From: Lama guanicoe
Lineage: Eukaryota
Assembly: GCA_013239625.1 (NCBI GenBank)
Contig: MU054323.1
Span: 18,680,819-18,744,818 of the forward strand
Reading direction: 5' to 3'
Length of the DNA: 64,000 nt
In this document: piece after piece, positions 1 through 11,950 of the stretch
Position numbering within the stretch: the stretch's first letter is position 1
Layout: every line of letters starts with the position of its first letter
Translations under genes and position numbers: made by a program
The notes under the pieces: model-generated
Seen by the model: only the letters and a program-made list of their open reading frames with translations
Told to the model about the DNA's origin: nothing
Databases searched by the model: none

Positions 1-480
1 TTGTCTATTCAGAGAAGACCTTTGATATTGTGGCACCTAAATTTTGCTAAATATTCATTTGATGAGTTTTGACTTGTAAATATACCTGTCAAAACTACTT
101 TGAATGGAGGTAAGTGATACTACATGTGACCATACTTGAGCTAAAAATTTTATGAATTTCATTAAAAACTGAATTGAGGATATTCCTTTTTTGGCACAAT
201 TTGCTCTGAGATTACCAGGTATCTCAGCACCCGCAGTGAGTGTATTTGCAATAAATACTGTTACACTGTTCAGAGAGGAGTCAGTTGAGGATGTCGACAA
301 TTTCAAATTCATTAACTATAAAATGAGTCATTAGAAAGATTGTACCAAGTTTATGAAAAGTTAAAAATAGCAAAACAATACTAAAAATATGTGTTTTAGG
401 AAAAAGTCCCAATGTTATAATGTACAGGAGATACAGCTAAAAAATTGATTTAGAGGAACTGTGATTCAGTGACAGGATTA
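1..480 (+). mobile_element. Decayed hAT-superfamily DNA transposon transposase fragment (Blackjack-like)
   Basis: 191-250 translates LAQFALRLPGISAPAVSVFA, resembling the hAT C-terminal dimerization motif (L..LPG.SAP.ER.FS). Surrounding frames are broken, and the element probably extends left of the window. Confidence 0.6.
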
Positions 481-764
481 GTCTTCTTATATATTTTTAA
501 AATGTATTTTTGATTAATATAGATAGCATTGTATTATATTTGCTATTTATATTAATACGTATTACTTTTATGATATATATGTTATTTTTATTTTTAGAAA
601 GAATTTTATCTGTGAAAATTATTGAAGATATCATTTTATATCTAACAACATAATAAAACTGTTTTTCTATCAAAAACACGTAAACCATTGAACAGTTTTA
701 TTCCTTTTAATGCATCTGTTTGCCTTCAAAATTGTACTGATTCTTATTCAAAAGATAAGGGAAA

Positions 765-965
765 TGTCTGGAGCCCAGCTTTCTGGGCCTTTTATTGTGC
801 TCTGCCTCATACTAACTTTGAGAAGTTCAGTAGTTACTTAAACTGTTTAAACTGCCTCAGTTTCCTCATTTATCGAATTGGAGATATAACAACACAAATC
901 TCCTGGAGTTGTGAGGGTTAAATAAATGAGCAACTAATTGAAGGTTAGTTACCATCATCATCATC
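765..965 (+). mobile_element. MIR SINE
   Basis: MIR core TGCCTCAGTTTCCTCATTTATCGAATTGGAGAT...GTTGTGAGGGTTAAATAA. Confidence 0.8.
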
Positions 966-1703
966 ATCTTCTAAAATTTTTATGGAGATGGCCTGATTTT
1001 ATAATCTATTTAAAATTACTGAAAATCAGCAAAGCATCCAATGTGTATTACAAAAAGAGAAAAAATAATGTTAAATAAAGATTTAATTATAAATAAAATC
1101 TGGAAAAAATCATTTGGTACTTTTTATAACAGTGTAATATTTTTGAAAAATATTAGTGCTATTTAATTAACATGTGTAAATGGGTCTTTATTTTTTACTC
1201 CATATGTGCCAAAGGAATGTTTTCATATCAAAATAATCAATAACTGTGGTAGATATGTCCAAAGTTGTAAGATAATTCAAATATCTGAGAAACTACTTTC
1301 AAGTACTATTTATTAAAAAAAGAAAAATAACAAATCACGCATGATATTTCATAGTCTGCCTAAAAAAAGAATTGCTCAAATGATAGAGATTTGGGGCAAT
1401 AGTTACTATTCCTGAACAAAGGCATAAGACTCTGGAAGTTATATTTCTTTTTGTACATGTTACAGTTAAATAAAAGAATGTTTGCAGTAGAAAAGAATAC
1501 TTTGCAAAATTATTCCTTGTGTTGATGCTTCAATTCAAAGTAAATTTCTTTTCACTTCAAGTTTCTATTTCCTTTTCTCTGTTACTAAATAAAATGATAT
1601 TTGTACTTTACAATTGTAATTACATTTTACTAGTTTTGTATTTTAATTTATAAATCCAAGATTCCTAAATACTTACATGAGCTAAATTTTAAATTGAGGT
1701 CTT

Positions 1704-1797
1704 GGAGGAAGGGTGTAATTCAGTGGTAGAGCACATGCTTAGCATGTATGATGTCCTGGGTTCAATCCCCAGGACCTCCATTAAAAAAAAACAATAA
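1704..1797 (+). mobile_element. Vic-1-type tRNA-Ala-derived camelid SINE
   Basis: A-box-like GTAATTCAGTGG, B-box GGTTCAATCCC and A-tail. Flanked by a 15-bp TSD: TTAAATTGAGGTCTT (1689-1703) / TTAAACTGAGGTCTT (1798-1812). Confidence 0.9.
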
Positions 1798-2024
1798 TTA
1801 AACTGAGGTCTTAATTACATCTTTAAATGATTAGTGTTTAAAGCAAAAGTATAAACAGAATTACTATAAATTAGAATGCTTATTTAATCTATTCCTTTAT
1901 GGACAGGTATAAATTTGTTGTACATTAATTTTTATAGAGAGGAAACAAATATTAGAGAAATATAATAGAAAGTATTTCTAAATCAAGTAGTAAAATAAAG
2001 CTTTGTCTGCTAGGAGTGCTAGAT

Positions 2025-2049
2025 TGTGTGTGTGTATGTGTGTGTGTGT
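2025..2049. repeat. (TG)n microsatellite
   Basis: tgtgtgtgtgtatgtgtgtgtgtgt. Confidence 0.9.
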
Positions 2050-2949
2050 AGGACACCCTATAAATTTGAATTTTAGAAAATCAACTTGTAATTTTTTTGT
2101 ATCAGTATGTTCCAAGTAGTGTATGGGTCATGTACTAAAAAATTACTTATCAGAAATTTAAATTTAACTGGGCTTCCTATATTTTACCTAGCAACCTTAC
2201 TTACTTCACCTTGTATATGTACATACATGAATTTATTCAAATACTTTGGATTTCTTACCTGGGAATCTTTTGTAATGCCCTCCACATGCATATCTCCAAG
2301 GTAATTTCAAAACAATTGGAAGATTATAGATTAATAAGCTCACAACTCTCCTCAAGGGAAAGAAAATAAGACACATTATTACACTGAGAACATAAAAACA
2401 AAGCAAGCCTCAGTAACTTAATGGTGAATTGTAGTTCTTCAGAACGTGATAGAATATTCTTGTAACAAAATGAAAGTGTGAAAATGTATATATTTCTATT
2501 TATAACAAGTAATGCTTGATTAAAGTGAAGGAAATGATAGAGTTATGTTTTTACTTTTCCAGTTCCCTCACACATAAGCTCTTTATACTTTCAATTATTA
2601 TATAAACACAGTATGTTTATATAATAATAAATTTAATTGCTAACTGAAATTTAAATGCCATCTATAAAACAAATTAGAACAGTTTTCAAATGAGTATCTG
2701 GTAGAGAATTCATTTCAAATAAAAGTAAATTCAAAAATTACGCATTTCACCAACATTGCAGTATTTCTAAGCATAAAAATATAGCCTCTAAAATTATGAA
2801 AAGAAATTTTTTAATCTCTTGCTGTTGGTATGATTATCAACTTAGAAAAAGAGAATCAATTTTAAATAAAATTGAAAAAGACTTGTGTTGCTTTATTTTG
2901 ATTTCTTTTATGTAAATCTTATAACTTTCTTTTATCCATAATATAATTT

Positions 2950-4530
2950 TAGAAAATTGAAGCATATTAAAAACACAATGCATTTCTAGTAACAGTAATC
3001 ATCAAATATAATTAGAAAGGCTTTGAAAAGATACGTATTTGATATATATGATGAAAACTGTTGAAATATTTTCAGAATTCAAAAGAAGACAAGAATAGTA
3101 AATATACCTTACTATAATACAAAAAGCACAGTAACAATACAGGAGACAGCAGTAGGCTATAATAAATTATTATAATAAGTCATAAGTTATTATAGCTTTA
3201 GAAATTCAGTAGATATTTGGATGATTGCTTGGTTTGTTTGGTGGAACTTCACAGAGTATTCTACAATTCATCTGAGAGAAATAAAGGGCGAAAACAGAAG
3301 AAATACTTTTTTGACAAAAAGTTTAATGAGATAAAGTGGACCTTACATATTACAACAAAATGAATGTTCAGTTAATAAAAATAATATTGTAAAAATTGAC
3401 TATATGTTAAAATAGAATCTGAAAAATGTGAAAAAGAAAGTGGAATTGAAATAACTAATTGATTATTTTAGGGAATAACTTTGCATAAGTATGATTCCTT
3501 CACTGTATATAACAAACTAAATGTCAGAGTTAGTAAAGTCTTTATTTTTAAGAAAATAATAATCTAGAAGAGAATGGGAATAATGATCTTACATTCAGGA
3601 AATTTCTCAGTTAATGAAGTAGTAAAGGAAAAATGTATAGCTTATTACCTAACAAAATTACATTACATAAAATATACATCAAATATGATACACATAAAAT
3701 ATAATAGACAAACAAATAGCATATACAAATATAATATACCTAAACTAAATAAAATAAATATATGTGAATATGAGAAGAATAAACATAAATTGTTAGTAAA
3801 ATAATAGCAAATTTAAAATAAAGATAAATAGTGCAGTAAATCAGTATATGTAAAATATAATCTGTGATACACATAAAACATTTACATAGCTAAAACAACT
3901 GAACATAAAGACAGTATACTGGGAGAATGTTTGCAGAATTTAGTGGAGATTCAACACCCTTAGAAAACAAAGAGCCTTCAAAGGTGAGATGAAAATCACA
4001 AATAATCTTACATAAAACTTGGCAAAAGATGCAAACAGACAATTCATATGAAAAAATAAACATGTAATATGTTCAATATAACACATAACCAATAATTAAA
4101 ATTAAAACAATATAGCACCCTCTTCCCATTTTTTGGCTCATAAAATTAATAAATATAAGCCTAGGATTGTTGAAAGTAGGGTAAAATAATCTTGTATATT
4201 ACTTGTGGGATTTTAAGTGAGTTTAAACTTTCCAGAAAGAAAGTTATAATTTTATTGAGTCTTTTAAATATTCATACATTTTGAGTAAATTCATTTCTTC
4301 TAGGAATTTATTCTAAAGAAATCATCAACTAGATATGCTGATATATATTTAAGTAACAGAGATCTTCATGACAATTTTTAAAGTAATATTCTAAATTAGA
4401 AATGATCTCATTCCCCAGTAAAAAGGAAATGATGAAATAAATACCAAAATATCTATATACCATATTTTGAAGCAACTAAAAGAACACTTTCAAAATTATT
4501 TAATAATATGCAGAGAAGCTCATGTTTTTA
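2950..4530 (+). mobile_element. Ancient, highly diverged L1 (L1M/L1ME-like), ORF2 3' half to 3'UTR
   Basis: A-rich sequence with L1 remnants such as AAAACTTGGCAAAAGATGCAAACAGACAATTC and CTAGGAATTTATTCTAAAGAAAT. Boundaries approximate. Confidence 0.6.
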
Positions 4531-6139
4531 TTAGCAGTCAAAACAACAATTCAGTCAGTCTCTTAAATTGTTAACATCAGGTCCAGCCCTCCAATAAGAA
4601 TTAGAATTCAAAGACTTGGTGTGTTTTTCCTACTGCTTCAAGCCTGGAACGTGAAGGTATCCATTACAGCTCTGGAAAGACATTGCAGGTACCAAACGAA
4701 AAATCTGGAATTCATGTTTTGGGGACTGTGAAACTAAAGAAACTTATGGAATATTACCAATGTCCTCAAAATTAAAGTTAAAATAACCAGCCTTTATGAG
4801 ATGTCAGACTAAATTTGCAGGTAATTTTGCGATTGTTAAAGGCAAGAGGGAGATTGCTAAGGATTACAATTAAAGTCCTTACAAATCTCTGATCCATTTT
4901 AAAAACTATCCTATGGAAGAAAATAAGGAGACTTTCTCAAACACGTTTTCTAGAAAGCTTGAGTGTTTACACGTAGCTTCTGGCCTGGATTGTGTTATTA
5001 CCGTGGGTCTCTCTCCTGCTGATGATGCAGGAGCAATTCTCCCTTTGCGTGTTGGCACATTTCCCATTGATTTTAAGGGGATGACCCAGCAACTAAAAAT
5101 AGGCTAATTTTATGCTTAAATAATGAAGTAACAGTTCTGGGAATAAGGTAGACACTTCAGAGTCTCTTAAGATTCCTTAGATTCCATTATTTTATTTGCT
5201 AGGAAGATGATGGAAACTCTGCCAATACCCTTTGGTAAGAAGCTAATTAACAATGAATGAGTATAGTCAATTGAGATGTTGTTATGTAAGCAAATAGAAA
5301 TGCCAGGCAACATCATTTATAACACAATATATGTCTCAATTAAAATTTCATGTGATACAGCACGTACAGGTTTTCTAGAATAAACAGTGATGTTTTAGAA
5401 ATTAAAGCCTTTTTATAGTGTGCTAATAAATTCTGAGACTGCAAATCAATAGAATATTCAAGTCAAGCAAGAGAGTTTCAGAGAAGAACAAAGTATTAAG
5501 TGTAAATCTGAATGTATTTGCATTTATAAATTTAACTTAAATCGATTTGTGTCAAATCGCCCTGTAATTGTATCCATATCCTGGGATTTAGAAATCATAG
5601 CTACACTTTTAAAACCCATTTATTGACATTGTAATGATCCAAATTTAATTTAGAGTGGCTTTGATTATATTCTTATTGAGAAGATATCAAATATGAACAT
5701 GAAGACTACAAATTTCTTTTTCTGACAGTATATACCTGGATAACTAATGTAAAAAATTTTTTTAATTTTAAATTTTAAAAAAATTTATTTGGTTTAAAAT
5801 ATGTTGTAATTTTTTTACATTGAAGTACTGTCAGTTACTATGTGTCAATTTCTGACATATAGCACAATGTCCCAGTCATGCATATGCATACATATATTCA
5901 TTTTTATATTCTTTTTCATTGAAGGTTATTACAAGATATTGAATATATTTCCCTGTGCTATACAGAAGAAACTTTAAAAAAAATCTATTTTTATATAGTG
6001 GCTAACATTTGCAAATCTCAAATGCCTAAATTTATAGCTTCCCACCCTCCTTCCCCAGTAACCATGAGATTGTTTACTATGTCTGTAAGTGTGTTTCTGT
6101 TTTGTGGATGAGTTCATGGTGCCCTTTTTTACCTTTACT

Positions 6140-8235
6140 TTTAGATTCCATATATGAGTGACATTATATGGTATTTTTCTTTCTCTTTCTGGCTTACTTC
6201 ACTTAGAATGACCATCTCTAGGTCCATCTGTGTTGCTGCAAATGGCATTATTTCATTCTTTTTTATGGCTGAGTAGTATTCTATTGTATAAATATACCAC
6301 AGCTTTATCCAGTCATCTGTCAATGGACATTTAGATTGTTTGCATGTCTTGGCTATTGTATATAGTGCTGCTAATGAACATTAGTGTGCATGTATCTTTT
6401 CGAATTAGAGTTCCCTCCAGATATATACCCTGAAATGGGAATGCTGGATCTTATGGGTAAGTCTATTTTTAGCTTTTTAAGGCATCTCCATACTGTTTTC
6501 CAAAATGGCTGCACTAAACTACATTCCCACCAGCAGCGTAGGAGGGTTCCCTTTTCTCCACAGCCTCTCCAGCATTTATTGTTCATGGACTTTTTGAATG
6601 ATTGCCATTCTGACTGGTGGAGGGTGATACCTCATGACAAGTTTGATTTGCATTTCTCTGATAATTAGTGACATTGAGCCTTTTTTCATGTGCCTATTGG
6701 CCATCTGTATGTCTTCATTGGAGAATTATTTATTTAGGTCTTCTACCCATTTTTGGATTGGGTTGTTTGTTTTTTCATTACTAAGTTGTATGAGCTGTTT
6801 ATATATTCTGGAAATTAAGTCTTTGTCAGTTGCATCATTTGAAAATATTTTCTCCCATTCTAGAGGTTGTTGTTTTGTTTTGCTTATGGTTTCCTTTGCT
6901 GTGTAAAAGCTTTTAAGTTTGATTAGATCCCATTTGTTTATTTTTGCTTTTATTTCTATTGCCTGACTAGACTGCCTTAGGAGAATATTGCTAAGATTAT
7001 ATCAGAAAATATTTTGCCTATGTTTTCTTCTAGGAGATTTATGGTGTCTTGTCTTATATTTAAGCCTTTAAGCCATTTTGAGTTTATTTTTGTGTATGGA
7101 GTGAGGGAGTGTTCTAGCTTCATTGATTTACATGCTGCTATCCAGTTTTCCCAACACCATTTCCTGAAGAGACTGTCTTTACTCCATTGTACATTCTTGC
7201 CTCCTTTGTTTAAGATTAGTTGACCATAGGTCTGTGAGTTTATTTCTGGGCTCTCTATTCTGTTCCATTGATCCATATATCTGTTTTTATGCCAATACCA
7301 TGCTGTTTTGATTATTATAGCTCTGTAGTATTGTCTGAAGTCTGGGAAAGTTATTCCTCCAGCTTTGTTCTTTTTCTTCAGTATTGCTCACTTCTGGATC
7401 TTTTGTGACTCCATATAAATTTTAGGGTTGTTGGTTCTAGTTCTGTGAAAAATGTCCTGGGTAATTTGATAGGGATTGCATTAAATCTGTAGATTGCCTT
7501 GGGCATTATATCCATTTTAATGATATTGATTCTTCCAATCCAAGGGCATGGGATATCTTTCTGTTTCTTTAAGTCATCTTTAATTTCCTTAATCAATGTT
7601 TTATAGTTCTCCATGTATAAATCTTTCACCTCCTTGGTCAGATTTATTCCTAAGTATTTTATTATTTTGGATCTGATTTTAAAGAGATTGTTTCTTTACT
7701 TTCTTTTCCTAATAATTCATTGTTAGTGTAAAGAAATGCAACTGATTTTTGTATGTTAATCTTGTATCCTGCTACCTTACCAAATTCTTTTATCAGCTTT
7801 AATAGTTTTTGTGTGGAGCTTTTAGGGTTTTCTGTATATAGTATCATGTCGTCAACATATAGTGACAGTTTTACCTCTTCTCTTCCAATTTGGATCTCTT
7901 TTATCGCTTTTTCTTGCCTGAGTGCTGTGGCTAGGGCTTCCAAGACTATGTTGAATTAAAGTGGTGAAAGTGGGCATCCTTGTTCATTCCATTTTAGTGG
8001 GAAGGCTTTCAGATTTTTACCATTGAGTACTATGCTGGCCGTGGGTTTGTCATAAACAGCTTTTATTATGTTGAGATATGTTCCCTCTGTACCCACTTTG
8101 GTAAGAGCTTTTATCATAAATGGGTGTTGAATTTTATCAAATGCCTTTTCTGCATCTATTGAGATGATTGTGTGGTTTTTGTCCTTTCTTTTGTTGATGT
8201 GGTGTAATCACATTGATTGATTTGTGTATGTTGAA
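6140..8235 (-). pseudogene. L1 ORF2p remnant (RT domain to C-terminal Cys-rich region), disrupted
   Basis: Track ORFs 7662..7943, 7378..7629, 6977..7276, 6371..6586 and 6141..6323 are collinear ORF2 pieces separated by stops and frameshifts. Confidence 0.9.
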
Positions 8236-8474
8236 TGACTCTTATTTCAGCCATTGAGTTTTCTGTTTTTAATTGGCTCCTCTTTATAGTTTCAATTTCC
8301 TTTTTATAGTAGTCTCTGTCTCTATTCATAGTCTCTTTTGGTTCCTTAAGTGCCTTAATCACTCCTTTTTTGAAGTCACGATCTAGTAGAGTAGGCGAGG
8401 TCTATTTCATTGAGTGTTCTTTCAGGGGATTTTTCTTGTTCTTTTAATTGGGAGTAGTTCCTCTGTTTCTTCGT
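8236..8474 (-). pseudogene. L1 ORF1p N-terminal/coiled-coil remnant
   Basis: Starts with ACG (probably a mutated ATG) at 8474, then KKQRNYSQLKEQEKSPERTLNEID, a frameshift, and IKALKEPKETMNRDRDYYKKEIETIKRSQLKTENSMAEI. Confidence 0.85.
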
Positions 8475-10191
8475 TTTCCTTGTGTATCTCTGGATTATGG
8501 AGTATCTGTTGTCTACTGTGGTCTTGAGCAACTTTTTTTTAAGAGGATGCTTTCCTGTGTAGACTGTGTGCCCCTAATAGTTTTGTCACGAGGTCTCTTT
8601 TTAGTATGGATGATTGCCACATCTTTTTTCTGTGTTGCTGGCTGTTATCCCTTTGTTTGCAGGTATGGCTGGTGTTGTGGTGACCAGAGCCCGCCCGGGG
8701 TTGTTGAGCGGGGCCTCTTTTTGTTCTGTGGTTGTCACAACCCGACAGGGGTCAGGTCTGTTCCCCTCTTGTTGGAATGGAGGCTTTCAGACCCGTTTCT
8801 GAGCTGCAGTAGGTGGGGATGGAGAGCTTTAAGTGCTCTTTTTTGACTCTGCCCTTGTCCCTGCTTTCATTGTAGGAATGTGCGTTCACTGCTCTGGTGT
8901 CCCCCAGGTTCTGTGCCCTCAGGGCTACCAGTGCAGTTCCAGTGACTTCTGGGTTGCACACCTGGATTGTGGCGCACTATCTGGTCAGCGCTGTCCTGCG
9001 CACCCAGTGCCGCTCCTGCTCACCCTGCTGCTTGAACTCTGCTCACTTGTCTTAGAGGCCTGTGCAGGTAGGGCCTTTACCCCTGTAGCAACTGCACATT
9101 CAGGCTACCAAGTCAGTGCTGTCCCTAGAGACAAACGCGGCCCCTGCACTCGCCCCACTGCGCAAACTCCACTCGCTTTTTCTGGAGGCCCGTGGCGCAG
9201 GCCAGGGGGTCAGCGCGCTTCCCAGCGCCGAGTCTGCGCAGGGCAGGCGGGCGCGCAGGAACGGCCGCACCAACCCCCGCCCCCGCTGTGTGCCGGAGCG
9301 CCGCTCCTTGCTCGTTTGTCTTAGAGGCGCGGGTGGACAAAGGCACCCATGGAGCAGAACAGTCCCCTCTGCCTGAGACTAAACAAATCGCAGTTCCACC
9401 TATGAAGTTGCGGAGGCCTTGGGTATGGATTCAGTTTTAAACCCAAGCTACTCCCTGGAGCCTCGCACCAGACAAGATGGTGGCCACGGCCGAGCCCCGC
9501 CTCTCTTCTCCCGAGGAAGCGCCAGCAATGGTGCCCTGGGCTGTGGAGACTAATGCTATGCTCAGGCAGCGTTGCGCCCCTCCCCGCAGGGCACACCCCC
9601 AGTGTTGCTTTTTCTTTCTACTTCCTCTTTTTTTTTTTTTTTCAAATGAAGGACCCAGGCTGTTCTGATCTGTATACCCTCCCAGCCAGGGCGCACAGCA
9701 CACTCCAGTGCCCTGAGGCTTCCTGTGTACAGTGGGCCCCAGTCCTCCTCCAGGCCCGGGCAGCCAGTCGCGGCCCACCCCCACCAGCTCGCGTCTAGGG
9801 CTGGGGGGGGGGGGGTCACAGGGACCCTGTGTGCCTGTTTTACCTAGTTCTGTCAGCTGGCCAAGGGCTGGTGCACAGATCCGAGCCTCGGAGGTCCCCC
9901 TCCATCCCCACTGACCTCTCTGTTGCAGAGGGGGAGACCGAGCATAAGAGCCGTATTCTTCCTTTGCGGCTCCCTCCCCACCGGACAGGTCCTGCACTAA
10001 TTTCCTTTTTCTACTTTTTTTCCTCCTACCAGATTTATGAGGAATTTTGTCTTTTGAAGAAGGTGATGTCCTGTCACAGTTCAGCAGGTGTTCTGAGTAA
10101 ATGGGTGGGTCCATGGATGTCTCTCTTGGTGTATTCCTGTAAGAGGGTGAGCTAAGAACATCCTTCTACCCTGCCATCTTGGCCACTCCCC
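8475..10191 (-). promoter_or_regulatory. L1 5'UTR internal promoter, CpG-rich, with terminal YY1 motif
   Basis: The only strongly GC/CpG-rich block in the window. CAAGATGGC on the minus strand at 10173-10181, close to the 5' end, as in the known L1 YY1 site. Confidence 0.75.
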
Positions 10192-10304
10192 AGATGACTA
10201 CAACTTGTTCAAACTACAGGGGTAAGTATCAGAGTGAAAACTCCATGTAACATTTTCAGCTCTTTAGATCCACCTTTTCATGTTTGGTTTTCAATTCCTT
10301 TCCC

Positions 10305-10990
10305 CTTGAGATATAATTCACATACCATACCATTTTTATCTTTTTAGCATTTTTAGCACTTCTACAATGTTGGATCACCCTCACCACTCTTTAATTTTAG
10401 AACATTTTCACATTCCTCAAAGAAAGCCCACATCTATTAACAATCACTCCCCATTTTCCCTCTCCCCAACCCCTGGCAACTGCTGATTGATACTCTGTCT
10501 CTATGGATTTTCCAATTCTGGACATTTCATATAAATGTCACGTAATATGTGGTCTTTTCTGCTTAGCTTTTCCAACTTAGCATAATATATTCAAGGTCAT
10601 CCATATTGTAGTACAAACCAGTACTCCCTTTCATTTTATGGCTGATTAATATTTTATTGTGGGGATAGATCACGTTTTGTTTAGCTGTTCATTCACTTGA
10701 TGAACATTTGGGTGGTTTGCCCTTTCTAGATATTATGAGTAATGCTACAATGAACATTTGCATGCAAGTTTTTATGTGGACATATGTTTTCAATTCTCTT
10801 GGATTTTTATCTAGGAATGGAATTGCTGGGTCATATGGTAATTCTACATTTAACTTTTGTGGGATTCCCAAAGAATTTCCTAAAGCACTGCATTCTTTAA
10901 CATCCCCACCAGCCAAAATATGAGTCTTCCAACTTCACCACATACTCATTAACACTAGTTACTGTCTTTCTTTTGATTATATCAATCCTA
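10305..10990 (-). mobile_element. Old L1 3' end (L1MB-like)
   Basis: TTGAGATATAATTCACATACCAT...CCCCTGGCAAC...TCTCTATGGATTT...TTCTGGACATTTCATATAAATG. ORF 10689..10916 is ORF2 C-terminal-like (LPYDPAIP). Confidence 0.85.
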
Positions 10991-11254
10991 TTCTTCATTC
11001 TTAGATTAAAAAAAGTTAATCTATTAGAATATCCTTTTCCATAATAAGGTTAACTATCCTAGATAAGTCTTAATGATTAGAGCTTTTCTCTCTGCTACTG
11101 TTTTCATCATTTCAAGGAATGGAAATATTACAACTATATTATACTTATATTTGACTTATTACTTTTATAAATTTATTTAGCTGATACATTTATTAAAAGA
11201 TGAAATGATACCTAATTGTGATCACACATGAAAAACCTATCATTCCTAAAAGAC

Positions 11255-11950
11255 TGTAGAATTCCAAAGCCCAGGTATTAATTCCAGTCTAGCAGTTGGT
11301 TACTTATGTGAACTTGACAAATGAAGTAAATGATTGTTTGCTTCATTTTTGATATCTGTGAAATGGAGGGAATGCTACACACTTGAAGTGAAATTACGGA
11401 CATTTCGTGAGTATGTTGGTTTCCTAATCATGCTGTTACAAGTTAACACAAACGTGATGGCTTAAACAATGCAAATTTATTATTTTATGGTTCTAAAGGT
11501 GGCTTTTCCACCACAAATTTCACTGAGCTAAAATCAAGATGTTGGCAGAGCTACATGCCTTTCTGAAGCTCTATTTCCTGGATATTTCCAGTTTCTAAAT
11601 CTGCCAGATATTTTGATTCTTGGCTTCTGCCCTCCACCTTCAAAGCCAACAAGGAGAGGTAGAATCTTTATACTTTCATCTCTTGGACCAACCAGATAAG
11701 GTTTTCCACTTGTAAAGATGTAGGAGTAGAATGGACCCATCCAGATAATCCAGGATAATCTCTCTGTCTCAAGGTCCTTAACTTAATCTCATCTGCAAAA
11801 TCCTTTTTACCATGTAAGGTAATGTGTTCGCAGGTTCTGGGGATTATGAAATGGACTTCTTTGTGGGGTCACTATTTTGCCTAATCACAATGAGATAATG
11901 TATGTCTCACGACAAGTACAGATCTGGTACACAATTAGTGATCGATGAAT
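11255..11950 (+). mobile_element. MIR SINE split by an MLT1 LTR
   Basis: Left part 11255-11411 (TGTGAACTTGACAAATG...ATCTGTGAAATGGAGG); right part 11890-11950 (ATGAGATAATGTATGT...CTGGTACACAATTAGT). Confidence 0.65.
11412..11889 (-). mobile_element. MaLR solo LTR (MLT1C/D-like)
   Basis: GGCTTAAACAATGCAAATTTATT...AAAATCAAGATGTTGGCAG...ATAATCCAGGATAATCTC...CCTTAACTTAATCTCATCTGCAAA. 5-bp TSD GTGAG/ATGAG. Confidence 0.9.

Larger units (their letters stand above)
5810..10191 (-). mobile_element. L1 LINE with complete 5'UTR and a large internal ORF1-ORF2 deletion
   Basis: 3'UTR and T-tail near 5810. ORF2 fragments in the track (e.g. [33 protein letters not shown] with the RT motif). ORF1 N-terminus at 8236-8474. 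GC-rich 5'UTR ends in GGGGAGTGGCCAAGATGGC on the minus strand. Confidence 0.95.

Noticed and set aside
1704..1780. tRNA-Ala-like sequences (also 12637 and 62164) as tRNA genes
   Set aside because: A-tails, TSDs on two copies and mutual divergence mark them as SINE copies.
2259..2383. Minus-strand exon ending at a strong CAG|GTAAGA donor
   Set aside because: The acceptor is ambiguous, the frame I translated hits a stop codon, and there is no other support.
8448..10155. Cluster of long overlapping ORFs (up to 225 aa) on both strands
   Set aside because: They lie in the GC-rich L1 5'UTR, where stop codons are rare. They overlap in several frames and show no recognisable domain.
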